A DNA stretch of 64,000 nucleotides from Heptranchias perlo (Eukaryota), in assembly GCF_035084215.1 (NCBI RefSeq), contig NC_090348.1, positions 26,288,001 to 26,352,000 on the forward strand. The letters run 5' to 3'. The translations under genes and the position numbers were made by a program. The notes beneath the pieces were generated by a model. That model was given only the letters and a program-made list of their open reading frames with translations, was not told the origin of the DNA and did no database searches. Positions 34,101 through 45,502 of the stretch are shown in pieces (position 1 is the stretch's first letter; every line of letters begins with the position of its first letter).

Positions 34101-37100
34101 CTGCCCCACCCCGGATACTTTAGCGAATAGCAGAATCATACAGATAAGGAAGGTTTTATCCACAATTGTTGTTGGGTTAGCTGCCCTCAGCTGTGGTGAT
34201 GGTGGTAGTCGTGGCAGCACAATAGCAGTATTAAAATTAGCCTTAGAGCCAGGTCATGGAGGAGAAAATGGATGGAGATTCCTGCTCTAGCTGACTATCC
34301 AGTGAACCCTGCTAGAAGTACAAATGCGTCCAAAAATTAGGAGCTTGGCTGTAATGCCCTCATGATTAAATAGCCTGTTGACTGTATGTATAATGGGCAG
34401 GAGCAAGTACTGAAGGGAGACCACCGCCAGTGAAACCACTTTCCACCAAGAAGTCCTTGCCTTCAGCAGAGAAGTGTTGGGGAAAAAATTGGATAAAGAT
34501 AGTTTTCATAAAAAGCACTGTTAGATGAAGGTCATTCATCTGATTTAATTATTATTTTCTTTAATTGCTGATTTTTATTTTATTTTTCCAAAATGTCCCC
34601 TTTTGCTGAACCCCTTTGGTACCTCATCCAAGTGACCATTCTTACTGTGTGAGCTTCAGCAGTGGCAGGCTATTTGGCTTTGTTGCCATGCCTTCTACAG
34701 TCAATCAAAACCTTGCCTGAAATCAGATCACAGGCACTTTCAAGCAGGTGTCACTGGATAGCAATCAGGAGCCGGAATTGTGGGGTTGTTTTTCTTCTAC
34801 CTAATTAGGCCAATTATGTCCTAAATGCTTCCCTAGATGTGATTACTCAGCACAGAATGGGAATCAAATCTGGGACCTTGTTTGTATGGCATAACATTTT
34901 AACAATAGACAGCCATTGTCTTTAAAAACAGACCCATGGAGGACACAGTTTAACAATGTGGTTCCAACATCCTAACAATAAAGAGATGTTATAGACATAT
35001 CAGTATAAGACTCTGTGATAAATATGGCTCCCGCGAGGTTACATGAAAATTGGCATGTCTGCACAGCTGACCGAGGTTCCTTGCAACCTCACACCCAGTC
35101 TATTCGAAGTGGTAGATGATGATAAACCTTGTGAATTGAGAAATATTAAAATTGAAAATTAAAACTCTGATGTGATAGACTCCAACTAGTTACAATAAGT
35201 CAATTGTTGAACATTCAAAAAAGGCAATATTTTAACATCTTTTGAAATGTAATTGTCAGAAAAATCCTAGTGATGCAGATATATGGGAAGCAGGATGTGA
35301 AGAGGCAAAGCAATTACTACATTCCAATTTGCTGGAAAGAGGTATGTGTAGAAAATGGCTATTGAGTAATAATTAATACTTAGCTAGGATACGTACGCCA
35401 AATTAAATTTGAGAAAATGTTTTATACTCCACTAACTGAATAGTTTAGAATTGCCTAATGTGGTTAGAGAAGCCATTTACAGCAACTAGATTACTATTCA
35501 GGGATTTAAGAATAATAACATACAAGCGAATACAGGGAAGATTAGCATGGTTCTTACACAAAAGTATTTGTGCTTCTGGCACAGCCCCCCTCCCCATTGT
35601 GAGTGTGTGCAGCCCACATCAACTTACACAGGTATGGCCTACATCTGCACCATGTTCATTGGGAGATCATCTCTTGGACATTTGCAGACTTTCTCTTGAG
35701 GAAGATCTAGGAAAGCGGAAATCTGGAACCCGTTCCTGGACAATATGTGAATAACCACAGAGGACACTGCAAGATTCAGCTCCTTGAACAAGACAATCGT
35801 TGAGATGGTGAAATCAATTAAAGCCATAATCCTGGCCATAATGGGACAGACCAGAATCCCACAAACAGCAGAGATCCAAGGGTCCACTTTACAATGTTCC
35901 TATACACCTACAGAGAATTAGGAACAGACTCAAGAGAGGGAAGAAGACTAGGGAGATGATGACAGATTGTCCATAGGTGCATTGTTAGATCAAAGCTGTA
36001 CAGAGTTGATTAACGTGAGGCCCCTAAAGACTGCCTTGGGTCGCTTCCCGTTGTCATTTAAATCAAGAAGTTGACATCCCTTCATTTTACCTGTCACCAA
36101 GCAAATCAGAACTGGAACGTTATTTCAATTATGTGCTCAGATACCCCCTAAATTATTATGCCTTGTGCAAAAGAATTTAAGCTATCTCAACAACATTTGT
36201 TTCCCGTAGTGCAGTTATTTGTTTGCTGTAGCAGGGACTCAAAGAAATCACATAACTAATGATTCCTACACTACTGTTTTCCCGTGAAGAAGTTCAGTCG
36301 GCAAGTTGCTTAACTGTTAGTCAATCATGTTCCATTTAATAGCATATATGAGACTGCCAAGTGGAGAAACCTTCACAGATTTACTGAATGTTACGGTCTA
36401 GATTTAACTCTAGTACCATTTTGCTTTTAACAGATTGGTCCTGATAGCTAATGTTAGTGCTCCTACTACTTTTTAGATTTGAGGTTAGGATCAGATCAGC
36501 CATGATCTTATTAAATGGCGGAGCAGGCTCGAAGGGCCGATTGGCCTACTCCTGCTCCTATTTCTTATGTTCTTATTACTTTGGTATACCCTTATAATGT
36601 GTGGAAGATACAGAATGCAGCAGAAAGCTAGATTGCATATCTGGCCATCTTCATTGCTCCTCCACACATCTATCTGTCCTACCTGGGGTTAGTTTAGGTT
36701 CAAAACAAACTGGCACAATGGTGCAGGGTCTGAGTCTTTATATGACTGGAATAGGAATCTATGTGCAGCACCACCTATCTGAAATGTGCATGCTTAGCCA
36801 GAAGGCGATATGGCTATAGTGTGTGAAGGATGTATATCATTCAAAGAATGAAGGCCCTAAAGTGTAGACAGTCTTAACTTTATGAAAAATAAGATTTCAT
36901 CACCAAAGTGAAAGCTGTATCTTTACTAAATACAACATTGATTACCCTTTTAATTACTAAATACAACATTGATTGCTCTTTAACAGTATTATGTTGTGAT
37001 TATTAAAATTAGACTTTTGGTATAATAGTGGTTGTGGAAAGCAGGATATGAATAAAGTATGTTCATTTGTTATCTTCCTCGTACAGTAAGATAGCCCAAG

Positions 37101-39981
37101 TTGTCCGAAGTGAAAACTCAGTGATATTGAACTACTTCATCACTTCTGTTCTTGTCATCAACAAGTATTGTCATGTTCCTTGTCAAGTCATACAAAATAT
37201 ATAAAACTTTTATTTATAAATGCTATCTTTTGAGTTTAAGAAATCTGTTTGTTTTTTATTTTTTCCACGCAGCAAAAGCAAATTTGGAACCCTTTTCAAT
37301 CTACCCAAAACTCAATGGCATTGGGGTCTCCACTTGATCTATATTTTAGTTTGAGGCCATCGAACAAAGGCCCACCCTTGTATTTTAAGAGACAATTTCC
37401 AACATTTATAGAAATTGTATCCTCAATGGAAGTTGATGCTTTGCTATCCTTACCAGTGAAACAGAAAGTTCCTGCAGACTAGGAAAGTAAGGATGGGTGC
37501 CCTACTCCCAATCTGCTGCCAACACCTGCAGCAACCAGCAGTCAAGAGGCACCAGAGACCACTTGTGTATGATTCTTTCTCCTTACCACTCCTCCCCAAT
37601 GCAAAGAGATGCAACAGCTTCCAGAGAGGGAAAGTTTTTAGCCTAAGGGTAGGACAGAAGACTGCATCTTCAAATTTGTGCATTTTTCTCTCTTTTTACA
37701 GCATAATGAATTGGATGGGGATCTTCTTTATGCGCTATTTGGGTTTATTCTACCTTTGGCATACGAACACCAGCCTGAACTTGTGATTTTGACCGTGGGA
37801 TCTAACATTGGAATTCAAGCAGTTACACTAGCTCACTTGACACATTTACTCCAGGTTCTTTCTGAGGGTCGAATCCTTGTAATAAGCCAGGTATACTGAA
37901 ATCAATTGGTTCTTTAGGCTCCAGATTAACTTTTTGTTTGCAGAGGTTTAGAATACATGTTTAACTCTTTTATCAGTGTAGATTTGTGCAAGTATGAAAC
38001 TGTTGATCCTGTTTGTGTTGCATTTATACTGGTCTTCTGATCGTATTGCAATATTGTCTGGTGCATGTGCAGACAAGATTACAGAACATCTGTTGTAGCT
38101 GTGCATTACTGTCTAAGTTAATGCTAAAGAATACTCACTACAATTTATATTCTGAACCACTTCCAATAGATCAGGTGGGTTAGTTAGCTCCCAGGAAAGT
38201 CCAAAAGTTTAATTCCTAGCCTGTGCTGAGTTAGCTGATCTTAGCCAGGATGGTAGGAATGGTGCTACAATTGACCTGAGCACTTCTGAGCTAGGAAAGG
38301 GAAAAAATCCCATTGCTGATCACGACACTGACCTCTGTTGTAAAGTGTATGTGTGGGTTCAGCAGTAATGCCCACACTTTCACTAAATTCACACATGAAG
38401 TATGTCAGTTTTAGCAAGGTACCATAGATTGACAGTGGCCATGAAACCATACACCAGCATGAGTAAGTGCTTTCAGGAGAGGAAGATAGAAGAGTAGGGG
38501 AAATATGGGATGAATGGGGAAATTTGGAGTCATTCAGTGCATATATACTTGAATGGACTGAACTGATCTGGTTTGTCTTAAGATCATTGAAAAAGAATAA
38601 ATTATTTTTAAACTGCTAATAACCTGTCATAAAGTAGATTTCCACTCTTTTTTTTGTTCAGGCTTCTGACCTTGTGGAGACTTTGATTAGTTCTTTGCTT
38701 GGTGATCCTACATCTGCAGTGAGACCTTTTGTTCTTAAACAAGAAAATGCACTGGTGTTGGTGAAACTTAGACAAGAACTGAAGCAGCACTGGAAATTAC
38801 TTCAGAACAGCAGTAAGCAAAAGAACCTATACGTTAATACAGACTTATTTTCCTCCAGAAAGATTAAATATCAGTGATGCAATGCACAGTGACATCATAC
38901 TGCACCTGTGAAATGCAATACAGCAAGTTCCTAATCTCAACCTTGCTATGGAGAGAGGAGAGGGGGGGGAGTGGAAATGGTGCCAAAAGCAGACACATCC
39001 TCAGAGAGGGAGAGAAAAGTGGAAGTGCAATTATTTTGGCCGATTAGAAGAAAACTAGTATGAAACAAGAACATTTTGTCCATAAAGCCAACAGACCCTA
39101 TAGCTTGTGCCCATGTTTTCCATGCCTTTTAGCATTTTGAAGTCCGAGATCTTCTTTCTCCCTTCAATAAGGATAACTACTGTAGCTCCCCCATTGGCTC
39201 AGCAAGTTTATCCAGTGACAGAAGAGCCATGCGAGCTAACTGGTCTATATTCCTTTCACTTCTTTCTGAACAGGGATGTAACTTTCATTTCTATTTTTCC
39301 CAAAGAATTTCAGAAAATTATGGTTAGTGCATCTGCTATTCAATGGCCATTCTCCCTTAGTATTTTGAAGTGGAAATCACCAGGTTCTGGTGATATATCA
39401 ATATTAAGTCCCATTAGCTCTTTTAATACACATTCCTTTTAATAATTATACCTGCTAGTGGTTTCTCTGATAGTCCTTCCTTCGCCTTCCTCTGTAAATG
39501 AAGAGACACAATACCTCTTAAATATTTCTGAAGTAGGATGATCAAAATTCTCCACACTGAGTTAATCCAGTCATCGTGTTGTGGATTAGAATCAAACAAT
39601 TCATTTCAGGCAGACTAGGAAAATCAGAAATCTTGCCATCCCCATCTCCATTCTTTGACCCCTCCTAGCAACTTTAAAAAAGAGTTTGTGGCAGAGTCTT
39701 CAGTCTGTCCTTTCAGCCAGGGTAGGTACATGATACAATGACACTTAAAAAGAAGAATAAAAATAATTGTACGTAACAATTACCACCACTTTCCCTTGCC
39801 TTCAATTTTCCCCCCCTTTATCTCTCTTCCTCGGGCACCAGCAGCCCTTGGAGATCTCACCCATTAGCCATTCAATTGTGCTTTTGTTCTAAACTGGCTC
39901 AAAGTTTAAAATGTATGCAGAACTTTCATATGTTATATGTGTAATAGTATTTTTTCCTCTTCCCTAAATGCAGTAAATTAA
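7103..39981 (+). CDS. HDAC10: Histone deacetylase 10 / polyamine deacetylase, 20 coding exons, 2040 nt, 679 aa
   Basis: join(7103-7167,7982-8116,12966-13062,14767-14864,14956-15060,15147-15215,15554-15680,17337-17402,17499-17558,18045-18134,20574-20680,21977-22044,23361-23652,24729-24819,32757-32839,33896-33952,35260-35341,37702-37890,38662-38812,39974-39981). All introns GT-AG with consistent phases. Motifs [33 protein letters not shown], plus a C-terminal pseudo-deacetylase domain. Confidence 0.93.
7982..8116 (+). CDS. HDAC10: HDAC10 coding exon 2
   Basis: [27 protein letters not shown]...EEIMLVHS. Confidence 0.92.
8795..12121 (-). mobile_element. Full-length CR1/L2-group (jockey-superfamily) LINE with a tRNA-derived 5' head and a single EN-RT ORF
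   Basis: TSD TCAGAT (8789-8794 and 12122-12127); A-tail at 8796-8804; A box TAGCATAGTGG (12109-12099); B box GAGTTCAAATC (12047-12037). Confidence 0.9.
8863..11654 (-). pseudogene. LINE APE-endonuclease/reverse-transcriptase ORF with two lesions
   Basis: EN motifs LTNIW, LTESY, YRPP, GDFN, SDH; RT motifs [27 protein letters not shown]. Premature in-frame TAG at 10798-10800 and a frameshift at about 11630. Confidence 0.9.
12966..13062 (+). CDS. HDAC10: HDAC10 coding exon 3
   Basis: [10 protein letters not shown]...YNDVYFHP; donor gtaagt. Confidence 0.92.
13165..13805 (+). mobile_element. tRNA-derived SINE (Deu/SacSINE-like) interrupted by a hAT-like MITE at about 13232-13460
   Basis: B box GGGTTCAAGAC; body shared with copies at about 18790-18985, 40745-40955 and 51800-51995 (-); L2-like tail. 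Family name recalled, not searched. Confidence 0.6.
14030..14380 (+). mobile_element. AmnSINE2-like SINE
   Basis: Shared body GAGTTAGCTGATCTC...CTACAATTG...TATCCAGTGACCCCTGCT, also seen at about 23835-24170, 32880-33185(-), 34170-34480, 34570-34890(-), 38160-38490, 51200-51480(-) and 62468-62690. Family name recalled, not searched. Confidence 0.55.
14767..14864 (+). CDS. HDAC10: HDAC10 coding exon 4
   Basis: [33 protein letters not shown]. Confidence 0.92.
14956..15060 (+). CDS. HDAC10: HDAC10 coding exon 5
   Basis: [24 protein letters not shown]. Confidence 0.95.
15147..15215 (+). CDS. HDAC10: HDAC10 coding exon 6
   Basis: [22 protein letters not shown]. Confidence 0.95.
15554..15680 (+). 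CDS. HDAC10: HDAC10 coding exon 7
   Basis: [16 protein letters not shown]...[10 protein letters not shown]. Confidence 0.95.
15880..16900 (+). mobile_element. L2 LINE 3' portion
   Basis: [29 protein letters not shown]; pyrimidine-rich; typical L2 tail. Confidence 0.85.
17337..17402 (+). CDS. HDAC10: HDAC10 coding exon 8
   Basis: [22 protein letters not shown]. Confidence 0.95.
17499..17558 (+). CDS. HDAC10: HDAC10 coding exon 9
   Basis: [20 protein letters not shown] (gatekeeper Glu retained). Confidence 0.95.
18045..18134 (+). CDS. HDAC10: HDAC10 coding exon 10
   Basis: [30 protein letters not shown]. Confidence 0.95.
18381..19413 (+). repeat. Intronic direct duplication of about 215 bp (18381-18594 and 19186-19413)
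   Basis: Long identical stretches, e.g. AAAAGTGCCTTAAAATTAATGGAGGGAGGAGTGGAGACTG and GAGCTTGTTTGGCGGCAGCATGGAG. Confidence 0.85.
20574..20680 (+). CDS. HDAC10: HDAC10 coding exon 11
   Basis: [23 protein letters not shown]. Confidence 0.95.
21977..22044 (+). CDS. HDAC10: HDAC10 coding exon 12
   Basis: [23 protein letters not shown]. Confidence 0.92.
23361..23652 (+). CDS. HDAC10: HDAC10 coding exon 13 (linker)
   Basis: DSVFSKD...APPARTALV...; phases fit the neighbouring exons. Confidence 0.85.
24729..24819 (+). CDS. HDAC10: HDAC10 coding exon 14
   Basis: [22 protein letters not shown]. Confidence 0.85.
25494..25541. repeat. (TA)n microsatellite
   Basis: Direct reading. Confidence 0.95.
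26458..26549 (-). mobile_element. tRNA-derived SINE head adjacent to the Harbinger left end
   Basis: Reverse strand GTGTCAGCCTTGGCTCAGTGGTAGG... with an A box and a degenerate B box. Confidence 0.7.
27086..28336 (+). CDS. Harbinger DDE transposase (HARBI1-like), 416 aa
   Basis: [31 protein letters not shown]; open to TAG; acidic (GAG)n tail. First ATG at 27086. Confidence 0.93.
   Translation: MGGALTSSEDEQDDQPQQPRSPRRPPRRGGAPQHGAAAHPPAQQEGGQPQREMRRRRHYPPHRVYRARLSFMDLSEEQCIRRLRVNRQVVADICSLLNDELLPDGPSSIFLPVAVKVTTALNFFASGSFQGATGDITGVCQSSAHKCIRQVTDGLFRRASHYINFAMDERSQMERAVGFHAMAGFPRVQGVIDCTHIAIRAPPHEPGLFINRKGYHSMNAQLICDHRQRFLHVCARYPGSCHDAFVLRESAVPPILQAPNAGNGWLLGDKGYPLHTWLMTPLRNPITEPERRYNDSHTATRSTIEQTIGLLKMRFRCLDRSGGALQYTPFRVGRIIVVCCALHNMAQQRGVPLEEAPSTPATHIEEGEGEEEEEEEEEEEAEEEDAPEDVGRPMRRAATHWDGRRARDALIRQRFS
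28634..30473 (-). CDS. Harbinger Myb/SANT-like DNA-binding protein, 3 exons (30473-30234, 29907-29748, 29631-28634), 465 aa
   Basis: [14 protein letters not shown]...AWAEVA...[13 protein letters not shown], then [22 protein letters not shown] introns, total 1398 nt in frame. Confidence 0.9.
31357..32180 (+). mobile_element. CR1 LINE, internally deleted (EN/linker joined to the 3' end at about 31925)
   Basis: [10 protein letters not shown]...GNSDH then a CR1 3' tail GGGCCGAATGGCCTCCT...CTATGA. Confidence 0.8.
32200..32582 (+). mobile_element. L2 LINE 3' end
   Basis: GLAPPYL...GRAFS...PKLWNSL; near-identical to 53030-53430. Confidence 0.85.
32757..32839 (+). CDS. HDAC10: HDAC10 coding exon 15
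   Basis: [27 protein letters not shown]; weak donor gtatat, phase 2 fits the next exon. Confidence 0.8.
33896..33952 (+). CDS. HDAC10: HDAC10 coding exon 16
   Basis: [19 protein letters not shown]; donor gtaagt. Confidence 0.85.
35260..35341 (+). CDS. HDAC10: HDAC10 coding exon 17
   Basis: [28 protein letters not shown]; donor gtatgt. Confidence 0.82.
36486..36575 (+). mobile_element. CR1 3' tail
   Basis: CAGATCAGCCATGATC...GGCCTACTCCTGCTCCTATTTCTTATGTTCTTA; similar to about 43220-43295. Confidence 0.75.
37702..37890 (+). CDS. HDAC10: HDAC10 coding exon 18
   Basis: [17 protein letters not shown]...[21 protein letters not shown]. Confidence 0.92.
38662..38812 (+). CDS. HDAC10: HDAC10 coding exon 19
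   Basis: [16 protein letters not shown]...[11 protein letters not shown]; donor gtaagc. Confidence 0.9.
39974..39981 (+). CDS. HDAC10: HDAC10 putative terminal coding exon (IN-stop)
   Basis: Polypyrimidine tract plus CAG, then TA AAT TAA in the expected phase. Very short, so less certain. Confidence 0.55.
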
Positions 39982-41019
39982 ACATTTGAGTCCTTTTGAA
40001 GTTGCAACTTGGAATAACCTGAATCCAGATTTTGGAAACATCATCGGCATCAAGTTATATTGGCAGCCCTATCGTTACATTTGAATCCAAATATTCTACT
40101 AGAGATTCTTGAAGCGGTGGTAGTTCTCGTCCTAAAATTATAGAAACTGATCGATATGCAAAGTAAAGAACTATTATCTCACCTGCAGTGTTCATAATCT
40201 CAGCCTGTTTACTCCACACAGAGCATCATCTACAGTCAGGTTTTACATGGACAACAGAACTATTCCAATGATTTGTTTTGGTTGAGCAGTGCGCAGAATT
40301 AATCAAAAATGCCTAATGAAGATACAAACAGTTTATTCATCAAATACCCTAAGGTGGTACATAGAAGTAATGTTACAGTGGCCTTTAGGCACAAAACAAG
40401 AGTTTTTTTGTATTTCATCAGTTAACGAGTATTTTTAAAGGTACCATTTAAAAAATTTAAAACAAAATAATCATACATTATATTTGAAATAGAAAATCTA
40501 TACTGTACTGATGCTTCTGTTCTCCTGCCCTATTGCCGTGTTATACACTGGGCGAATGAACAAATGGCAGCATAATGTACAATGATACAGAATGAGCTGC
40601 TGCTTTCATTTATCAATCCAGAGCGGAAGAAAGCAGGACCAACTAGACTGAGGTAGATTAAAGAGTGAGAATTCATGTACATAAAATTTGTATTGTTTTT
40701 AAATCTCCTTTTAAAATTTGTTTACTGTCATATTTGTGGGTTCAGGCCTGGCCAATATTTATCCCTGAATCAACACCACAAAAAACAGATTAACTGGTTA
40801 TTCATCTCATTGCTGTTTGTGGGATGTTGTGGTGCACAAATTGGCTGCTACATTTGCCTACTCAACAATAGTGACTACACTTCAAAACTAATTTATTGGC
40901 TGTAAAGTGCTTTGAGATATCTTGAGGACATGAAAGGTGCTATATAAATGCAAGTTAATTCCTGTTTATTTCTTTAAATTAACCAGACAAAGCACAATCG
41001 CAGGGCTTGGCTGTAAATG

Positions 41020-41448
41020 GAGGCAGAAATCCTGCAGGCTTAAGGGACTTCGAGCAAGTAATAATGGGCCTTGGCTTTGGGGCCTCTGGCTGTTGTTTGA
41101 AAACAGCAGCCAGTAGGCCTCCAGCCCCGATCCTTCTGCTTCTGGCTGGCCTTCCACTGACACCTAGGCTCTTCTCAGATTCTCCAATCAGAGCAGGGCT
41201 GGGTGCAAGGTCTTGAGGCCTGCTTCTTCTGATGTAACTGAAAGAAAATGAAGTGGGAGGCCCTCTTAGGGCCCTCCTGCCTCATGTACATCAATATGCA
41301 TGTTCAGAGAGTAACTGCGCTGTGCCCTTCTCCCTCCTGCAACCAGGAAATTCCTGGGCACTAGAGAGTGGGAGACCTTGCATCATTGATTCCTACGTCT
41401 TTTTCCTCTGCTTTTTACCCAGATGCAATGCAGAGGAAAATCTGCCCC
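41020..41448. mobile_element. Degenerate Harbinger-type MITE
   Basis: Ends GAGGCAGAAATCC / GGAAAATCTGCCCC, flanked by ATG on both sides. Confidence 0.5.
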
Positions 41449-41492
41449 ATGCTTAATATTACAATTATTTAACCTGTTCTCAGACTGGTGGT

Positions 41493-41856
41493 TAGGGTTG
41501 CCAACCCTCTAGGATTGCCCAGGAATTAAAGACTAATCTCCAGGACACTGCTATGAGCAACCCAGGAGAAAAATCATGGAGGAAATAAAACATGTTTTTT
41601 TTTTATTTTCTTTGAACACTTCTTTATTTGTTCTAAAAGTATCGGGCATGGGAATAAAGGCTGTTGACTGACAGTGCAGAATCATCCAATTGGGTAATGA
41701 TTCTATTCACTTTCCAATTGACATAAGCAGGTGGTGCACCATGAGGATGGACATGTTGGACGACCAATGGCGGGAGTGTGGGGGTGGGGCTTTTGGAGGC
41801 AGGAGGTCATGTGATGAAACCTCCAGGAATATGTTCAACCAGAGTTGGTAACCCTA
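41493..41856. mobile_element. hAT (Blackjack-like) MITE
   Basis: TIRs TAGGGTTGCCAAC / GTTGGTAACCCTA; degenerate 8-bp TSD. Confidence 0.75.
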
Positions 41857-42879
41857 CTGCTGTGGAGCAAGGTTTGACCAAGTGGGTTTAGCAAGGGCCT
41901 GAGAGGACCCAAAATGAATGCTGTATTACAGTACTTTTAATTTGCCTGAATGATAACCATAGTGGCAATCCTGCCAGTTGAATGATCCCAAGGCGGGCAA
42001 TTGGCTGCAGTCTGTTTCAGTAACTCTCCAGCCTGCACACTTAACTATCCAGTCCACTCTGGTGCTCATTCAGCTCTGCACCCCTTTTCACTCCAGTGAA
42101 GAGATGACAGGAAAAGCAAAAAGAGAGAGAGAAACAAATGGAGAGAAACAGACGTGGTGAGCAAAACCGTTGTGGGGAAGAGCAAGAACTATAGAAGGCA
42201 TAGGAAAGAGAACTAGAAGTGGAATGGGGGAGAAAGAAAAACAAGTGGAGGGGAGAGTGAGAGAGAAAAACAGACTTGAAGAGGAAAGAGACAGAAAAGG
42301 GGGAGAGAAACACATGGAGGCAAAAGAACAGGAAACACAAGTGAATGTGAGGCTAACATTAGATTTCCTAACTTCCAATCTATATTTTTCCTGAAGTGTT
42401 GTTGCCTCCTGCCTGACTTTGCTAGCCTGCTGTTGACTCTTTATTTGAACATGGCATGAGGAATGAAAAGGGGGGGAAAAATTAAAGAATTGGCAGCTGC
42501 GTAAGCAGATTTGTGAAGGAGGTAATCGTGTGATTGTCCCACAGCAGATTATGGCAGTTGAAAGAAATTGCAGCACTAGAGAGGCAGAAAGGAAAAGAGC
42601 CTGTTCAGTGGACAAGTTGTAAAGATTATTGTTGGGACATTGGGAGTAGAATTGTGAAGGAAGAAAAGCACAAGAAAGGATGATGGGCAATTAGTAAACC
42701 ACAGATGGTAAAACCAGAGCACAAATATTTAGTACAAAATAGGGGAAAGGACTAGTAACTAAGAAATGAAGCAAATTAGATTCACATGGACAAATAATAA
42801 AAGGTTTGGAAGATATTGGGAACAACCCAGAGGTAAGGAACAACTTTAAACTTAAGAAATTTTCAGCAAAATAATGTGA

Positions 42880-44050
42880 TGCTTTCTTCTAGTGACCTCT
42901 GGAATCCCCAAGGATCTATCCTTGGCTCCATCCTCTCCCTCAGAGATTATGCTGCACCCCAGTGACATCCTAAGGCATGTGGTCAGCTTCTATTTGTAAG
43001 CTGATTAGACCGAGCTCTATCATTTCACCACTTCCCTCAACCCAATACTAACTCTGTGATGTCAAACTGCCTGCCTGACCTCGTAGTGAAAATCTGGAAA
43101 TCTCTCCCCAAAAAGCTGTTGAGGCTAGGTCAGTTGAAAATTTCAAAACTGTGATTGATAGATTTTTGTTGGGCAAGTGTATTACGGTTACGGAATCAAA
43201 GCTGGTATATGAAGTTAGAATACAGATCAGCCATGATCTAATTGAATGGTGGAACAGGCTCGAGGGGCTGAATGGCCTACTCCTGTTCCTATGTTCCGAA
43301 GTCAAAATTTCCTCCAACTGAACACTGGAAAGAGTGAAATTGTCATTTTGGTACCTGACATACTTGGCTTCATTGCTACTAACTTCATCTCCTTCCCTGG
43401 CCACATGCTCAGGTTGAAACAGCATCCCAAAGGTGAGCTTCTAACTCCACAGCCGAACCATCACCAAGATTGCTTTCACAACATTGTCTGCCTTTTCTGC
43501 TATCTCAGCCCCACTGCTACTGATACCCTTATCTATGCTTTTGTCACCTCAAGGGTCAATTTCTGCAATGTTAATGTTGGCACCCCATCCTGCTTCCTCC
43601 ATAGACTCCAATTTGTCCAAAACTGTATCCTGTCTCCCTTGCCCGTTGCTCATAATGCTGACCTGCATTGGCTCCCTGTGCCCCAACCCACTGATTTTAA
43701 AATCATATCATCTTCAAATCTCTCCTTATCCCACCTCCTTCAGACTTGCAATCATTCCTGCACCCTCTAGTCTTCCAATTCTGGTCATTTGTACATCCCA
43801 CCCTCCCTTCATCCCATCATCAGTGGCAGAGCCTTCAGCAACCTCAACTTTACTTTCTTTAGAATTTATTCCCTACACCCCTCTGGCTCTCCACCTTTAA
43901 AAACCTTCTCAAAACTGATCTTTTTGACCAAACTTTCTCATCTCTTCTAATGCTTCCTCCACGGCTTCTCATTTGTTCACGTATTTTTTTTTCTACCCTC
44001 TGCAAAACGCCGAGGATGTTTTCTGCATGGATGTGACTTGTTGCTGTTGT
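42880..44050 (+). mobile_element. Degenerate L2 LINE interrupted by a CR1 3' fragment (about 43080-43295)
   Basis: NFLQLNTGKSE, TLIYAFVTSR, DLHWLPV. Confidence 0.75.
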
Positions 44051-44179
44051 AGTGCTAGATTGCTACACCATAATGCTGAAAAATGCACCAAATAGTATTT
44101 TTTTGATAACCTAAGGACCACCTAGACAGAAAATTGTTTGTAAGGTTGAAAGATTGACCAGTTTTGGCAGAGTCTGCGC

Positions 44180-45502
44180 TCACAGCACTCACATCCAATC
44201 ATGAATAGTGGGGGACAATTAAGCAACTAATAGGATGAAAAAATTCTTTGAACGTGCCCATCATATAGACAGGGCAGAAGCGTTTGCAACTATCTTCACG
44301 AGAAGGGCCACGTGGACCATCCTTCTCAGCATCCTCCTGAGATGCCATTCTTCATCCAATTCGATTCACTCCACATGACATCAAGAAATGGCTGAGTGCA
44401 CTGGACACCACAAAGGCGATGGGCCCCGACAACAGCCTGGCTGTCGTACTGAAGATCTGTGCTCCAGAACTAGCCATGTCTCTAGCCAAGTTGTTCCAGT
44501 ACAGTTACAAAACTAGCTTCTATCTGACAATGTGGAAAATTGCCCAGGTATGCCCCGTCCACAAAAACAGGACAAATCCAACCTGGCCAATTGCTGCCCT
44601 ATCGGCCAGCTTTCAATCATCAGCAAAGTGATGGAAGGAGCCATCAACAGTGCTATCAAGCGACACTTACTCACCAATAACCTGTTCACCAATACTGAGT
44701 TTGGGTTCCACTAGGATCACTCAGCCTCAGACCTCATTACAGCCTTTGTCTAACATGGACACGAGCTGAATACCAGAGATAAGAGTGACTGCCCTTGACA
44801 TCAAGGTAGCATTTAACTGAGTGTGGCACCAACGAGCCCTAATCAAACTGAAGTCTAATATGTGGTAAGTAACATGCCCCACAAGTGCCAGGCAATGACA
44901 CTCTCCAACAAGAGAGAGCATAACCACCTCCCTTTAACATTGAATGACATTACCATCACCAAATGCCCCTCCACCAACATCCTGGGGGGTTACCGTGACC
45001 AGAAAGTCAACTGGACCAGCCACATAAATGCCGTGGCTACGAGAGCATGTCAGAGTGTGATGAAATACTCTCCTGGATGGGTGCAGCTGCAACAACACTC
45101 AATACCATCCAGAACAAAGCAGTCCGCTTGATCAACACCTCACCCACTAGCCTAAACATCCACCCCTGGCATGCTGTGGCTGCAGTGTGTATTATCTGCA
45201 GGATGCACTGCAGCAACTCTCTAAGACTTCTCTGGCAGTGTCTCCCAAACCTGTGACCTATCTTGAACGACAAGGGCAAAAGGTGAATGGGAACACCATC
45301 ACCTCCAAGTTCCCATCCAAGTCACACACCATCTTGACTTGGACATATATCATAATTTCTTCATTGTTGCTGGATCAAAATCCTGGAACTCCCTCACCAC
45401 GTGGACTGCAGCGTTTCAAGATGATGGCCCAGCACCACCTTCTTGGGCAATACATGCCAACCTTGCCAGTGACACCCACATACCAAGAATGAATTTTAAA
45501 AA
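44180..45502 (+). mobile_element. Older, deleted copy of the 8795-12121 LINE family
   Basis: MGPDN...[15 protein letters not shown]...[12 protein letters not shown]; same 3' tail ending CCCACAT...GAATTTTAAAAA. Confidence 0.88.

Noticed and set aside
7103-39981. HDAC6 instead of HDAC10
   Set aside because: One active domain plus a degenerate second domain, GDPE gatekeeper, no ZnF-UBP, 679 aa, and adjacent to TUBGCP6.
42041-42690. 200-aa and 99-aa - strand ORFs
   Set aside because: Produced by a purine-rich low-complexity tract; no domain or splice support.
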